DNA of 64,000 nt. It comes from Anthoceros angustus (Eukaryota; Plantae; Anthocerotophyta). This document shows, piece after piece, positions 51,568 through 64,000 of the stretch. The notes below the pieces were generated by a model, which ran no database searches, was not told the DNA's origin, and saw only the letters and a program-made list of their open reading frames with translations. The position numbers and the translations under genes were made by a program. Within the stretch, counting starts at the first letter, position 1; each line of letters starts with the position of its first letter. Where the stretch lies: positions 1-64,000 of the forward strand of contig MU008193.1 in assembly GCA_010909165.1 (NCBI GenBank), read 5' to 3'.

Positions 51568-53170
51568 TGTGGACTACCCTTGGGGGTTAGAAATTAGGTA
51601 GGGTTTTTTTTTTGTAGGAGTGGATAAAATGATAAAAAGGGGGAAATAAGCGGATAGCACTCGGACGGCACCGAGTATACTCCGGACCGGAGGAACGCAC
51701 GACCTACTATGGCGCGCGGGTAACATAAGTCCGACCCACCTGTGACCAGGTGATAAGTACGCCAGGAAAGTAACTTAGAAGTTGAGCCGTGAGGACGGAC
51801 CAGGCGACGCCACGTGACTCCCCGAGTGGAGGCATGCATGCAGACTGAACCTGCTGCAGGTCGAGGCAGTGGTATTCACGCCGCCGCGCGCGAGGCCGCA
51901 GGCAGCGCGCGTAAGGCGCGAGTAAGCGGAGGCGTAAGGTCGAGCTGCGTGCACTCGCGCGATGGAAGAGGCGCCCCCGCCCCGTTACTCGGCGTCAAGA
52001 AGGTCACGGCACGAGACAATTTCGCGATCTCTGCGCCCGCAACCCTCCGGGCGGTATCTCGGGACGCCAGACGCCTGCGCTCACCGCTGAGGTTGAGCAA
52101 TAACGCGGGCGGAAGGCGCAACGAGCCTCTCCACAAGCTGCTACAGAACCAAGGGAGGAGAAGGCGATGGCACCCAAAAGCTGCGGAAGTTTGGGAGCCA
52201 TGGAACCTTGTGGAGCGCAACATTGTGACCCGCGCTATCCGGACTTTGGGCCTGCCCGTGAAGCGGAGAATTGGTGCAGTGGCATTTGGATGTGATGGTC
52301 CGACCTCGATAGCGTCACTGTCCGGAGTTCGCCCGAAGATGCCGGGCGGTCAATAAGGAGGTGCGGTCCAAGAACCTCCGGAGGACCCAAGGGCGATGGA
52401 CCTTGAGGTCCCGAGGGCGCCTACAACCGCCCAAAGGAGGAAGAGGGGAGTGCCGAGCCCTCAAGGCGGGGAAGATAGGCCGCGCCGCAGCGCCGTAAGG
52501 CTCGACGCAACGACCACCAACGGTTGGTCGATATCCGACCTGACCGGGCCGAGTAAGGGCGGCCCGATCATTGTCCATCGAACCTACTCACCAAGGTGGA
52601 TCACCTTGGTGATAATCTGGTATTCTCGCCGCAGCTGGGAAGAGGGCGGACTGAAGGATTATCTTCGCCGGCTTAGCCAGAGGCTCGCAAGCTCAGGACC
52701 GAGAAGCCTCGCCATCTGGGCCCCCATACCCGATCCATGTATGGGGCATTTCGAGCTCCTCAAGGAAGGAGAGCTTGAGCGAGCGCCCGAAAGGACCGGA
52801 GGCCCCGCCGAAGTGGAGCGGCAAGGGGAGGAGGAGGCCGATCACGAAGCCAAACGGACCCGGAGGAGGACGATCGAGGATTCCGACTCCATACGCCCGA
52901 ACGGACCCCTCACCACCTGTGAAGTATGGAAGAAATTCCTCCTCCTCCCCGTGCCCCAACCGAGCATGCACCCAGCAGAAGCGCCCCGGCCCCGCAGCCC
53001 CCTACCACCGCCATCAACCTAATGAGGAGCCCCCGCTGACTGTGAGGGAGCCAAGAGACGCAAGACCACTCACACAACGCTGCACCTCGTGACGGTGCCA
53101 AGATCTTACCCCTCGCCACGGAGTGGCAAGAAGTTTTGAGGAAGCAAAGAAGGAGGGCGTAAAGGGATCG
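51568..53170 (+). repeat. H1 3' LTR, truncated
   Basis: Follows PPT gagaaggggag; colinear with the 5' LTR up to agaaggagggcg. Confidence 0.87.
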
Positions 53171-56050
53171 GCTTTGAGCTTTTAACTTTGCGCCGCTTGT
53201 GTTTTCACCATCCGAACATAGTCTAGAAACTTCATAAGTCCGATGACGATGCGTAAAAATACAGCAAAGAATAATGGCTCCATTCATCGATAAACAATAG
53301 GAAATATATCAACCACCGAAAGAAGATGTTGACATAGGGCCGCATATATCCGAAAGTACTCATCAAGGTTGTTGCTTTTGGTAGGCTCAGATCATGATAT
53401 GGCTTCGTGCCATTTTTCCACTTGGATGTTTTCGCAGAAAAGGTGATCTTCAAGTTTAAAAAGAAATGGGATCCTTGTATACCGCTTACTAACGACTTGA
53501 CGATGTACGTTTATGCTAGGATGATGAGAGGCGATTATGCCAAAGGGAAGTCTTGTCTACATCACTCTTGGCATCAAGAACACCCATATGCATAATTGGT
53601 TGTAATGTCAAAATGGTAGAGATCATTGTAAGTGACTCCTTCTCCTAAAATGATTGAGTGGTTGTTAACTGATGTTACTATACAGCCACTAGGTGTGAAA
53701 CACACTCGCAGATGGTGGTCTAGGACAAGTTTCCTGACTGATAAAAGATTCTTCTTCATGTTAGGTACATGTAAGACACCTAACAGTGTGATGTGGTTCC
53801 CTCCTTTCATAGGGAAAGAAACATCACCATATCCAGCAATCGCCAATCCACTGTCATCTCCAAGTAGCACAAACTGACTAGTTGGTGCTAGTTTATAGGT
53901 GACAAATTTGTCTCGATAGGTGAATGATGTAGCCCCGAGTCCAAGAACCACATATTAGTATCGCCTGAGTAAGGAGAGACATACCGCAAGGATGGTTGGC
54001 TTTGTGTGTTGTTGTGTAGGACTAACTGCCCTCTTGTCACTACATGGGTTTCAAAGACTGTGTGGTGCCTCTCGCGTGGCTCTCCAATTTCTTACGACAT
54101 TCTGGACCAAGTGTCAGTATGCGACACTGGGTGTGCCCTTCTTTTCCGTCCAAGTGTAAAGGAGGTTGGTGCAGTGATAGGGTCGTCCCTTCCTCTACCT
54201 CGGCCCCTCTACCACGCCCACGTTGGGTGTAGAGTACTTGTGAATTATGTTGCCGACTGCCCAAGAGCAACTCAGGATTCCTCCTCCGCAAAGGCACCAA
54301 CTACTTGTGAGAAAGTAATGTTTGCACCGCTTTTGCAAAGTTGGTTTGTGTGGTGACAAATGCCTAGAACTATGTGGCGTAGATGTGAGAAGGAGAGTGA
54401 TAGCCTTCTGCCTCGCTCAAAACATCACCACAGTGAAGCAAGCTTGGCACGAAACCGCGAAACTTGAGTAAGTGATTCTCCACATCGACTATCCTTCCTC
54501 CGAAGGCCATAGAGTTGTTTAGTAGCATTGATACATCCGCCTTTTGCCGCGAACATGTCCTTAAACAATTTATACTGCAGATGGTCTCGCCTTGAGTGTG
54601 TTGAACCATATTCGCCAAGAGCGTATAGGATTATGATATGCGTTTCTTGTCCAGCTTTACCTAAGCTTGAATGTCTCGGATCACCTCTAGGGTTTGCTAA
54701 TGCGGATTTGTGATTTTTCTGCCAACATCCATGAGATCTTGCTCTTCAAGATTGCTCCATTCAAGCTCCCATATTGGGTAATCCGCTAAATCTGTCCTTG
54801 TCTTTCATGTCGATTTGAAAGTGTTGTTTGTATTGTTGTTTTATAATTGTGCATTAGGAGGATTGGGTGGATTAGTTGCCATGAGTGGAGGTTTGAGGGA
54901 GGTAGGACTATGCCGAGGTAATCTAGGATACCTATTTGGAGGTGACCACATGCCTATTATTGTACAAAGTTATAAAACCTTCCATTTTACCCTAGAGTAT
55001 AGAGGATCGAGAGTCCCGACCAAACATTCTTGTAAAGACCCTAAGATCTGCTCGTTGGTTCGTGTACTTATCACCAAAGATGGGTCACAATGAGAGATGT
55101 CGACGAGGTATAGCTGCCTAAGAAAATCGAATACTAGGTGGTAATTTTAAGTCGATCCGACCGAGAGACTGTGATAATTTTTGTTCAAAACACCTATCCT
55201 GCTTTTTGTAGTTTGATCCGTCCTTTCTATAGTTTTGATGTGCTAGATGTGCTTGGTCTTTAAGGATTCCTACTGTGAATTTTAGATGTCTAATGGCTAT
55301 GTGGTCTTGCTGAGATGTGTTGTGTTGTGTAGGTAATGCACGGCGAGGCAAAGGCCGCTCTTCTACACGCTGAACAGAGCAGCAATTACAGCGACTACAG
55401 GAATGATACAGGGTTTGAGAAGGTGACTCTTCATCTCCCCAAAACCTGTCTCGATTCCGCCTCGTTCAGGCCATGCCGTGATCGCCACCGTCGCGCTTTG
55501 ATTGCGCCTCCCATTTGCTCACCCAAGATTGTTTGAGCAAATCAAGTAAATTCTTCTTCCTCCAGGGAATGCTCAAGGTCTTCCAAAATGGATGATGTTG
55601 CAAAGAGCTCGTCAAGAATTCGTGAAAAAGAAACGCCTAATTGCGGCTCCAAAAGATCTAATCTTGGGATTGCCATGATGCCGATCGCTAGGGTTAGGAT
55701 TGCCTTCAACAGATGGTGTTGATTTCTTCCATGTTAATGGGGCGGATCCCATGCCATAGGGGATCCGACATGTTCATAGCTCGATACCATAAAGTGGATT
55801 AAGATATCACCATGCCGATACTTGAGAGTGGCAACAAAACTAGAGCGCGAACTAGTGTGATGAGCTAAAAAGATAATCGTACTTAGGGTTCAATGAAACA
55901 ATAAAGAAAAGTGAGGTAATCGCTTTTTAACCTAATAACTTAATAACCTATTGAAACGTTATTCACGTTAGTTAACCCGTGATCATTCATAACCACGCAG
56001 TTAGTGTCCGCTTAACGTAACGCGATTCCACACCTCATGGCCTGTGGGCC
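53170..56050 (-). mobile_element. 5' half of copia element C (related to family A): LTR ~55790-~56050, PBS 55779-55789, gag from 54882, PR, INT N-terminus
   Basis: PBS tggtatcgagc on minus; MKDKDRFSG; VLYTQRGRGRG; GATS..LLGDDSGLAIAGYGDV..VLHVPNMKKNLLSV; YFLLFIDEWS. Confidence 0.85.
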
Positions 56051-56059
56051 CCTATAGTC

Positions 56060-56749
56060 AGGCGCCTTGGTCTGGTGGCTTGATGATCAACAATTCTCCT
56101 TTTTCCCTCCGCCACGAGACTCTTACGTCGCTAAAGAGGCTGCCAGAGGCCGGGCGCCTTAAAAGACAGAGCGAGGTAGGTGGTGCCGAGCGAGTGATCA
56201 TGAAATCCGCCTGAAGCCGCCGCCGAGAATGGCCTTCGGGCCGCCACGGGAGAACCAAGCCCTTCGCCGCCTGAATCGCTGTGAGTCTGCAGGATTGACA
56301 TCAGAAGCGCAGAAGGCCGCTGGCCGCTTACGCATTTCCTTATCGCATGTGCCTTGAGCGTGGTTACTTGCCCCACAAGCATCGCAACCTTGTACGATCC
56401 TCGTCCGCCGCATGCCTCGGCCCCCTCGACTGGCCCAAGTGGCGCCTGCCAAAAATACGCCTCCCATTCCAAGTTACCCTTCTCGGCGCGATTATCGCGA
56501 CTTACTCCCACCGGAGTACCGGACTACCATGGTCACTCCTTAGCGCGGTCCGAAAGCCATCAAACCGGCCACTCGGAGTGCGGTCCGAGTCCCATGTCTA
56601 CCTCGAAGTGCGGTCAGTCCCACTGCTACTCGGGAGTGCGATCTCGAGTACCCTTCTTACCCATCCCGGCCTTATTTCCTCTTCCGCCTTTTATTTCCTC
56701 ACTCCAAAACAAAAAAACTAGCTATTACCCTCTGGAGGCCTACCCCACA
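56060..56749 (-). repeat. 5' start of an H-related gypsy LTR (third family or subfamily), interrupted by copia C
   Basis: Minus strand tgtggggtagg..agttttttgttttggagtgaggaaataaaaggcggaagaggaaataag resembles the H LTR start (51568-51650). Confidence 0.5.
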
Positions 56750-57245
56750 CCTGCCAGGAAGTATGGAAGAAATTCGCTTCCTCCTTTAGTCCTCCAACAA
56801 CACCTTTGGCCGGAGGCAACCACAATGGTGAGGGCCAAGGGTCGCTGCATTTTATCAAGACCCAATTGCCTAGCCCACGAGCCCCAGGACCAGGAGGAGG
56901 CTGTAAGAGGGCCCCCCACCACTCTTGCTCCAAGGACCGCTCAAGGATTGTGTGGGCACATGATGGTGGAAAGAGGAGGAGAGGAGGAGGCAAGAGTAGC
57001 TCTCTCACATTGAGATGAGGCTTGGAGGGGATTTATACCCTCCAATAGGGCTCCCTAGGAAGCTCCACAAGAAGCCCCTAGGAAGGAGCACAAGAAGCTT
57101 CCTAGTGATTAGCTTAAGCTAAACTAATGATACTTAACTGACACCTAACTTAGACTAAGTGTATTAGTCTAAGTACATTGGGCTTTAATACCCTTACAAC
57201 CTCCCACTTAAAGGCCAATTTACCTTCAGAGGAGAATGGACTATC

Positions 57246-60200
57246 TCATGCCCATGTCCGAGCTTGTGCAAATTGTCGTAGAGAGTCCCTTGGTAAGAAT
57301 ATCTCAGGTTCTGGTGTGAACCTTGACAAGTTGTACCCTCTTGTCATCAACACCTCTCGAATGAAGTGATACTTCACATCCACATGTTTAGTCTTCGCAT
57401 GAAACATCGGATTCTTTGCCAATAGCACCTATCACAATGCAACACCGGCACAACCTTGATCCCCAAGTCTCCACTAAACGAGCAAGCCATATGGCTTCCT
57501 TGCAAGCCTCGCTTGTGCAACATACTCGGCCTGGTAGATAGCGTAATGCACGATCGCAAACGAGATCGCCATGAGATCGCCTCCAAAGGCACGTGAAGAC
57601 ATAACTGATGTGGACCTCCTTTTGTCCATATCCTCGAGATAATCCACATGCATCTTCACTACCCAACCACACATGCATCTTCACTACCAATAAACCTCGC
57701 TAACCACTCCTAACGCAAAGGCAATGTCGACGGTAGCAATCATTGCATACATCAAACTCCCTACATTGATGAGTATGGGACCTTCTCCATTTCAGCTTTG
57801 TCCTCCTCGAGCTTGGGCAATCCGCGCTTGAAAGTTTCACATATGGAGGCAATGGAGTACCCAATGGCTTCCTTCTCCATGTTGAAACGTTGAAGCACTA
57901 ATGTATTCCGTCTCGAGACAAATAAAGGACGCTTATGTCTTCGACGACGCATGCCAAGTATATGGCTCGCCTCCCAAGTCTCGCTATTTCAAAGTGAGCA
58001 TTCAACTTTGACTTCAACAAATCTCATCAAGATCGCTCCCAAAGAATTAGCATATCATCCACATAGAGGATCAAAATGAGCAAGCTTTGATCCTTAGCTT
58101 GCTTCAGATAGAGGCAATGATCCTCATCGCCACGCTTTGTAGCCTTGAGAAAGCATAAATGAGTGGAACTTGTGATACCACTGGGTGCTGTTTCAAACCA
58201 TAAAGGCTCTTCCTCAACCTCGCACACCGATTCTCTTGCCCTTCTCAACAAAACCTTCTCGTTGCCGCATGTATCTTGAAGGTCACCATGCAAGAATGCC
58301 GCCTTGACATCCATCCGCATAAGTTCCATATCATCCGCAACCAAAGCAAGAACACATCGCAAAGTTGTCATTTTGACTCGGTGAGAAAATCTCATCAAAG
58401 TCAATGCCTCGTTGTTGCTTGAAACCCTTAGCAACCAATCGTGCCTTGTACTTTGGTTTGCTATGACCTTCATCTTGTACACCCATTTGCACTGAGTGCC
58501 TTCTTATCCTAGGCAACCAAACCAACTCCCAAGTTTGGTTCTTATGCAAATAATTCATCGATCGCATGGCCTTCTCCCACTTCTGTTACTGCTGACATGG
58601 CCTCTTTGTAAGAAGAGGGTTCCCCACAATCACAAGATACATAATCCAGATGGATCATCCCGCTGAGGTCGTAATCCGCCTCGACCTAAAGCACGTGCAC
58701 CTCTATAGGAGCTTGTTCGACTTTTCATCTATCGGTGGAGGAATGTGCTCCGCACATTACCACTATCAACCCGCCATGATGATCATGTCCATCTTCTTGA
58801 AGATCACCCTTCGCACCTCCACAGCTTGGAGTAGGCTTCGTGCATCTTGTTCTCATTGAAGAACACGTTAGTACGAACAACCTTTCTAGCCTCGATCCCA
58901 CAAACGGTATCCCATCTCACTGAATCACCATAGCCAAGAAAAATACATTTCTTGGACTTAGGTGCCAACTTGTCCCGAAACTCTTTTGGAACATGGCAAG
59001 ATGCCTCACGCCCAAACACTCGCAGATGCTTGTAGGATGGTTTCTTTCCGCACCATAGCTCGAACTCGCTCATCAAATTTTATTAGGAGATCGTTAATAA
59101 GATGAACTGCAGAGACACGCCGCCCAAAACCCATTAGGCAATCCGAGTTTGACAACAAACTACGCATCCTCTCCGAATGGTTCTGCTCATCCGCCACCAC
59201 ACCATTTTGTGGAGGAGTATACGAAATTCTTTTGATTCCCTTGGAATCAGAATGACCGAAAGCTGAAACATACTTCCACCATTATCCGCCCTTAGACACT
59301 TCAATCGGCTGATCGATTCTCTACAAGGGTGACAAATTTCAAACACCGTAACTTCATCCTTTTTCCTCAAAGGATAAACCCACACCTTGCGTGAGAAATC
59401 ATCTATGAAAGTGACAAAATAGAGGCACCGCCTAATGATGTAAGAGGCATAGGTCCACATACATCACGTGAACCAACTCAAGAGGTTTACTTCTACTTTT
59501 CTTGTTCGATGTGATGATTTTGTCTGCTTCCCATATAAACAAAGGCTCACACATCGAGAGATCGAGAAGTTAAGAACAGGATATAACCGTAACGAGATAA
59601 AACCTTCATTCCCTTCTCGAGACATATGTCCTAACCGCAATGCCACAAGGAAACATTTTGGCTCGCACGATCACATGATCGATGTGTTTACTCAAGTGAG
59701 TACAAAGTGCCACACTTCGATCCACGAGCTAACACAAGAGAACCTTTGGAGATCTTCCAAGAGTGATCCCCAAACCAAGTGGTAACCAAAGATCATCCAA
59801 GCCCCGCGCTAATCATGCTCTTGTCAACTTAACATGCCTAACGCCCTTCAAAGATGAATGAAGATCCGTTGTCAAACTTGAGTTGCACATCACCACGCCG
59901 CGATCCGGCATAGTTATTTCCAAGCCTAACGCATCCTTTCCTTGTAGCATCATACGCTAAACCACTCTATGAGGAGTAACATGGAAAGATGCACCGAGTC
60001 AATTATCCAATTGCGTAATAAATGACTATCCACGCAGATTCAAGTAAGAAGAGATAAGGACATCTCCGCCTCAACCGTAGTTTAACTCTTCCAACCGATG
60101 CATAAGTCGCCTTCTTGTCGCCCCGCTTCTCTTTTCCTTGGTCCTTTTGAACTTCTCGCACTCTCTTTGAAGTGACCCTTTGTGACAATAGTGACACTCC

Positions 60201-60849
60201 ACATTCTTGTTACGACTACGAGATTTGCTACGAGAGAAGCTTCGTCCGTTGCTTCCCTTCGCAGCGGGACCTCCCTCTCACTATGAGGGCACCGGGAACC
60301 TTTGGAAGGTTCCATATTTTTCCTGCTCACCTCCTCGCCATGTGCTACCTTCTACATTTACAATGGTAAGACCACTAGGGAATTACTCGAGTGCATTTAA
60401 AGGTGTCCCAACTCTCCGTAATGTGACCATAAAACATAGCTCACTAACTGGGAATGTGATACCTTGAGATGAGAGTCGCTGAAAATGGTATTGAAATCAT
60501 TCGATGATCGGACATCCTCGTCCCTTCCTTCATCTTCAAGTCCACCAGCTTTCAACCAATACACCGAAGCCGCACTTTGCTTCTCATACAGTCACATGCC
60601 TACCACATCGTAACTCGTGGTCTTATCTTTCACATTGAAGTACACTGCTTTTGACAATGTTAGCATGATAGTAGATCTAGCAAGCTCATCCAGTCCCGCC
60701 ACTCATCCTGTCATACTATCGGTTTGACGCCTAACAACTTTATGGGCTTGATCCGCTCGCTACTAGAACATTATACACTTGTTCTTTCCAACGGAAGTTA
60801 GTACCATCTAACTTCTCGATATTGAACATGACCTCGATGATGAAGACAT
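57246..60849 (-). pseudogene. gag-pol: B2 gag-pol, frameshifted
   Basis: MFNIEKLDGTNF; WIIDS.ASFHVTP; RLGHMS; YFVTFIDDFSRKVWVY; LRADNGG; YKARLVAKGFKQQRGIDFDEIFSP; MDVKAAFLHGDL; YVDDML; FHAKTKHVDVKYHFIRE. Confidence 0.92.
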
Positions 60850-60979
60850 CATGACTCAAAATCGATACAGATAAAACACTCGACTCGCCTTGTCGAAAAG
60901 TCAAAGAAGAAAACTCACCACCGTGGCCCGTGTATTTTGCTCGCTCATTCCACGAGTATTTTGCCGAATATTTCACGAT

Positions 60980-61810
60980 TTCGCCACCGCCCGCGCTCGG
61001 CACTCATCGCCGTGCCGCCACCCGCTCACGCCGCGCAAGGCCAAGACGGCCACCGCTGGCGCATCACGACGGGTTACGCTGGCGCGCCCAAGACGGCGCC
61101 GCGCTGCCATGCTGCCGCGGCCACTGCCGCGGCGGTCGGCGCAGTGCACCGCTGGCGCCGCGCTGCGCGGCCGCGCTGCTACCAAGGGCCGCTGGCCAGC
61201 GGCCACCGGCGGCTCGCCGGGCGGCTGCACCGCGCTCGCGGGCCACTGGCCAAGGCGACCCGCGGCTCAAGGCCAAGCGGGCCGCGCTCAGCAGCGCCGG
61301 GCTCGCGGCGGCCGGGCCGCGGCCACCGCTGGCGCTGGCGTTTGGCGCTGGCGGCTCGCTTCGCGGCGGGCGCCGGCTGCTGCTCTGCCGCTGCTGGGCG
61401 ACGGGTGCGGCTGGCGCCGGCGCTGCTCGCGCCGCGGCCGCTGGCGCCAAGGCTGCGGCAAGCGGGCGCCGCGCTTCTCTGCTGGGCTTGCGGCCGCTGC
61501 GCGCGGGCGAGTAAGGCTGCGGCCGGCGCGGGCGCCTCGCCGGGAAGGTTGCTCGGGCGGCCACCGCTGTTGGCCGGCTGCGCCCGCTCCTCGCTACTCG
61601 CGCCAAGGCTCGGCGCCCGCGCGCCCACGGCGCCGCTGTGGCGCTGCCGGGCGGGGCCGCTGGCTCAAGGCGCCGCTGGCCAAGGCCGCCCCCGCTGGGG
61701 CCGCGGCACGGCCCGACGCTCCACAGGCCCGCGCCCGCGCTGGGGTCGCGTCACGCTTGCTGGGCCGCGGCCCGTGAGGCTCGCCGCGGCGGCGGCATCT
61801 GCCGCACCGA
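60980..61810. repeat. Extremely GC/CpG-rich degenerate repeat in the B2 5' leader
   Basis: Recurrent words ggcc(ac)cgctggc and (c)caaggc; very little A or T. Confidence 0.65.
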
Positions 61811-61984
61811 TCACTGCAACTCCACGAGCTCACCTCAGCTAGAAAATTCTAGCATCACAACACAACCAAAACCAAGGCTCCGATACTGCTTGAAGGATCG
61901 TATTTAAAGACAAGAGGAGAGGAGGAGGCAAGTGTAACCTCTCACATTGAGATGAGGCTTGAGGGTATTTATACCTCCAATAGG

Positions 61985-64000
61985 TGTGGTAGGGAAAACC
62001 CCGGGTCTTCCGAGATTCTCCCACTCAGGGCCACACTTATCCCACTGCCGCCAGCGCTGGGTTTCGGCCCCATGAGACTTGTGTGAAAGTTCGAGGTCTT
62101 GTGGATGACCGGTCGCCACTGCTGACACACTTTCATTCCTCTAAACAAGCAAGGCGCCTCTACTCCCTATTACGTTGCTTGCCCCACCGCACCGCTCGAA
62201 AAATCACCAATCCTCGACCCACACGACACAACACAATTGTGTGTCCGCCTTAGCAATGAGGGAGCCTATCATCACGGCGGGACCCCGATCCACACCGATA
62301 ACCGTCCCTACTTAAGACCACTCTTTCCACTCGGGGGAGCGCTTTTACTTGTGATTTGGGATCTGCCCCTTAGGCTCGCTCCCTGTGGCCTTCTAACGCC
62401 TACAATCTATTCCTCTACTCATCTCCTCATCCTCCTATTCTAACCTCGGCTTATCGGGCTCGACCGCCCTTATGGCACAGGGGTGGCCCACCAACAAGTT
62501 CTTCCTTGGGCTTGCTATGAGTTTGACACCAATGAGAACCTCTGGAGTCTTTCCTCAGAGTCTACCCTCGTCGAAAGTTCCCCAGCATTGCCACACACCC
62601 AAAGCAAAGCAATTTCAAAGAACCATTCACAAGGGGAGCAACTCGTTAGGCGCCAGTGAGCAAGCCCTCCACCAGCACTCCGACCACCGCGACTTCCTCT
62701 CTACCAGACTGCGTTGGCTCATGCGTAAATTCCTTTACAAGGGCAAAGGACTCATGAGTATGGAAGCAAGACGTGATACTTTACTTTGTGAAATCCTCCT
62801 CCTCTTATAGGAGGCTTCCACATACAATTCCCTTAGGTGACTACCGCAGTCACCTTTCCAATATTCTTTTTATTTCCTACGCCAGATTTAATGCCCGGCA
62901 CCTAAGTCCATTGTCCGATCCTTGGTAAATTCTATTCTAGTAACTTCACCTAAGATCATCTTAAAGGATGTCACCACACCACTTATCCTTTCTATTCTCC
63001 CACTCAAAGATTTATGGTCTTGACCATACCTAGTCCTCACCGGAATAGTGGCGGTCCTTGGTGGATTGGCTTCCTTGCCCTCTTTGCTCTCGCCCTTCCC
63101 AAATTCTGGTTGCCTTCCAAGGGCAAGTACAATTTTGCCCTTCCTCCGCGGGTGCCCGATTCCTCCATCATCCCAAGCAACCGCACTCGCGCCACTTGCC
63201 CTTCTTTCCAGCCTCACCGCCGCCTCCTTTTCCAAGGGCACCCTACGCGGTAGTCGGCGATCATCAGCCGACATCATCATGGTAGTCCGATCTTCATCTT
63301 CTTCTTCTCCCCATCTACGCTTGCCTCTTGGGTTGGAATCTTCCGTGCTCCTTTCCTCTGTTGATTTGTCCATACCTATCATGGAGCATTCAGATTTTCC
63401 TCCCCAATTGTCACGATTTCACTAATCCCTCCCTTTTGATCGCCTCCTTGGCTCGGCCCTTCCTCGCCTGGGTGAGGGAACTTCACCCTCCTTCTTCCTT
63501 AACGGACGGATCCCGCCTCTCCTGGTGGACCTCCCACCTCCTCTTCTATTCTGAGGGTGCCCCCCCGGCCCTTCCTCGCAGCCTGCTGACTCCCAGCCTC
63601 ACAACAAGTTGTTGCCCACCCCTAGTCCCGCATCACGCGTAGAGTTGTTCACCACGGGCAGACCACTGTGGTAGGTCACCTACCATGGTAGGGTGACTGA
63701 GGGCGAGGGCTGTCCCCTCCTGCTCCTCACGCCATCCTCGCCTCGGCCTTCTTTCTCCACCTTCCGACTCCCTAGACTGAGTCCATGTCACTGTAGCCCC
63801 GCCGGGTCTGAGGGCTTCCACCGCACTTGCCGCAGCCTCCTTCCCTGTCATCATCATGAGGACCTATTGTCCTCCCTTCACCAACTGTGAGAATCTCAAT
63901 GTTGGCCTTCAAAATCCCATTATGGAGGTGAGCCCCCAAGTTATGATACCGTGATTTGAGATCATCAACTCCGCGGGCCACTCTCCATCCTCACACCTAC
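61985..64000 (-). repeat. G4: 3' portion of a family G LTR (runs off the window), including the C-terminal part of the U3 ORF (stop at 62888)
   Basis: tgtggtagg is the reverse complement of the LTR end cctaccaca. The ORF ends GVVTSFKMILGEVTRIEFTKDRTMDLGAGH*. Confidence 0.88.

Larger units (their letters stand above)
41871..53170 (+). mobile_element. Ty3/gypsy non-chromovirus (Athila-like) element H1 with ~4.4 kb LTR; 3' LTR truncated
   Basis: 5' LTR ~41871-46231; PBS at 46235; PPT 51555-51565; 3' LTR 51568-~53170 matches 41871-~43450. Confidence 0.9.
56941..61984 (-). mobile_element. Near-complete Tnt1/Tork-like copia B2; 5' LTR interrupted by G4
   Basis: 3' LTR ~56941-57198 with PPT 57199-57212; 5' LTR end 61891-61984 shares ctctcacattgagatgaggctt; PBS-like gtatcggagcc at 61876-61886. 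Confidence 0.9.

Noticed and set aside
60890-61842. Long ORFs of 295, 301, 194 and 180 aa
   Set aside because: They are open in several frames on both strands because the DNA is GC-saturated. The products are Ala/Arg/Gly/Pro low-complexity with no motifs.
1-64000. Host gene or a specific host taxon
   Set aside because: Essentially all sequence is assignable to retroelements. The element types suggest a land plant, possibly non-seed, but this cannot be established from the window alone.

Overview
This is plant-type heterochromatin built entirely from nested LTR retrotransposons. I see no host gene, RNA gene or CRISPR array. Ty1/copia copies: A1 (~35-6877), A2 (37869-~41870), the related C (~53170-~56050, minus) and Tnt1/Tork-like B1 (split, 6878-23432) and B2 (~56941-61984, minus). 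Ty3/gypsy non-chromovirus, Athila-like copies with giant 4.4-5 kb LTRs: family G (G1 complete, 7330-22826, target-site duplication (TSD) CATTG; G2 ~23433-33735 minus; G3a/G3b LTR pieces joined by an N at 37013; G4 61985-end minus) and family H (H1 ~41871-~53170, plus a related LTR fragment). All reading frames are broken, mostly by 1-3 bp deletions that differ between near-identical copies, so many breaks may be long-read consensus errors. Two candidate new systems stand out. (1) Both gypsy families carry a ~3.2-3.7 kb protein-coding region inside the U3 part of each LTR, upstream of the element TATA box, and share a DW...LSxYLxHxW...LL...ELE motif; this recalls the U3-encoded MMTV sag gene. 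(2) Copia family A carries an antisense accessory gene between pol and the PPT. It is conserved at protein level between two diverged copies (SYxCE..IHMIK...FPGH..H..R.CxWC...VYEExG...FEIEEE...WAKILRL*), has a candidate TATA box and possibly an intron, and appears to have been swapped by recombination. Alignments and translations were done by eye; boundaries marked ~ are approximate.
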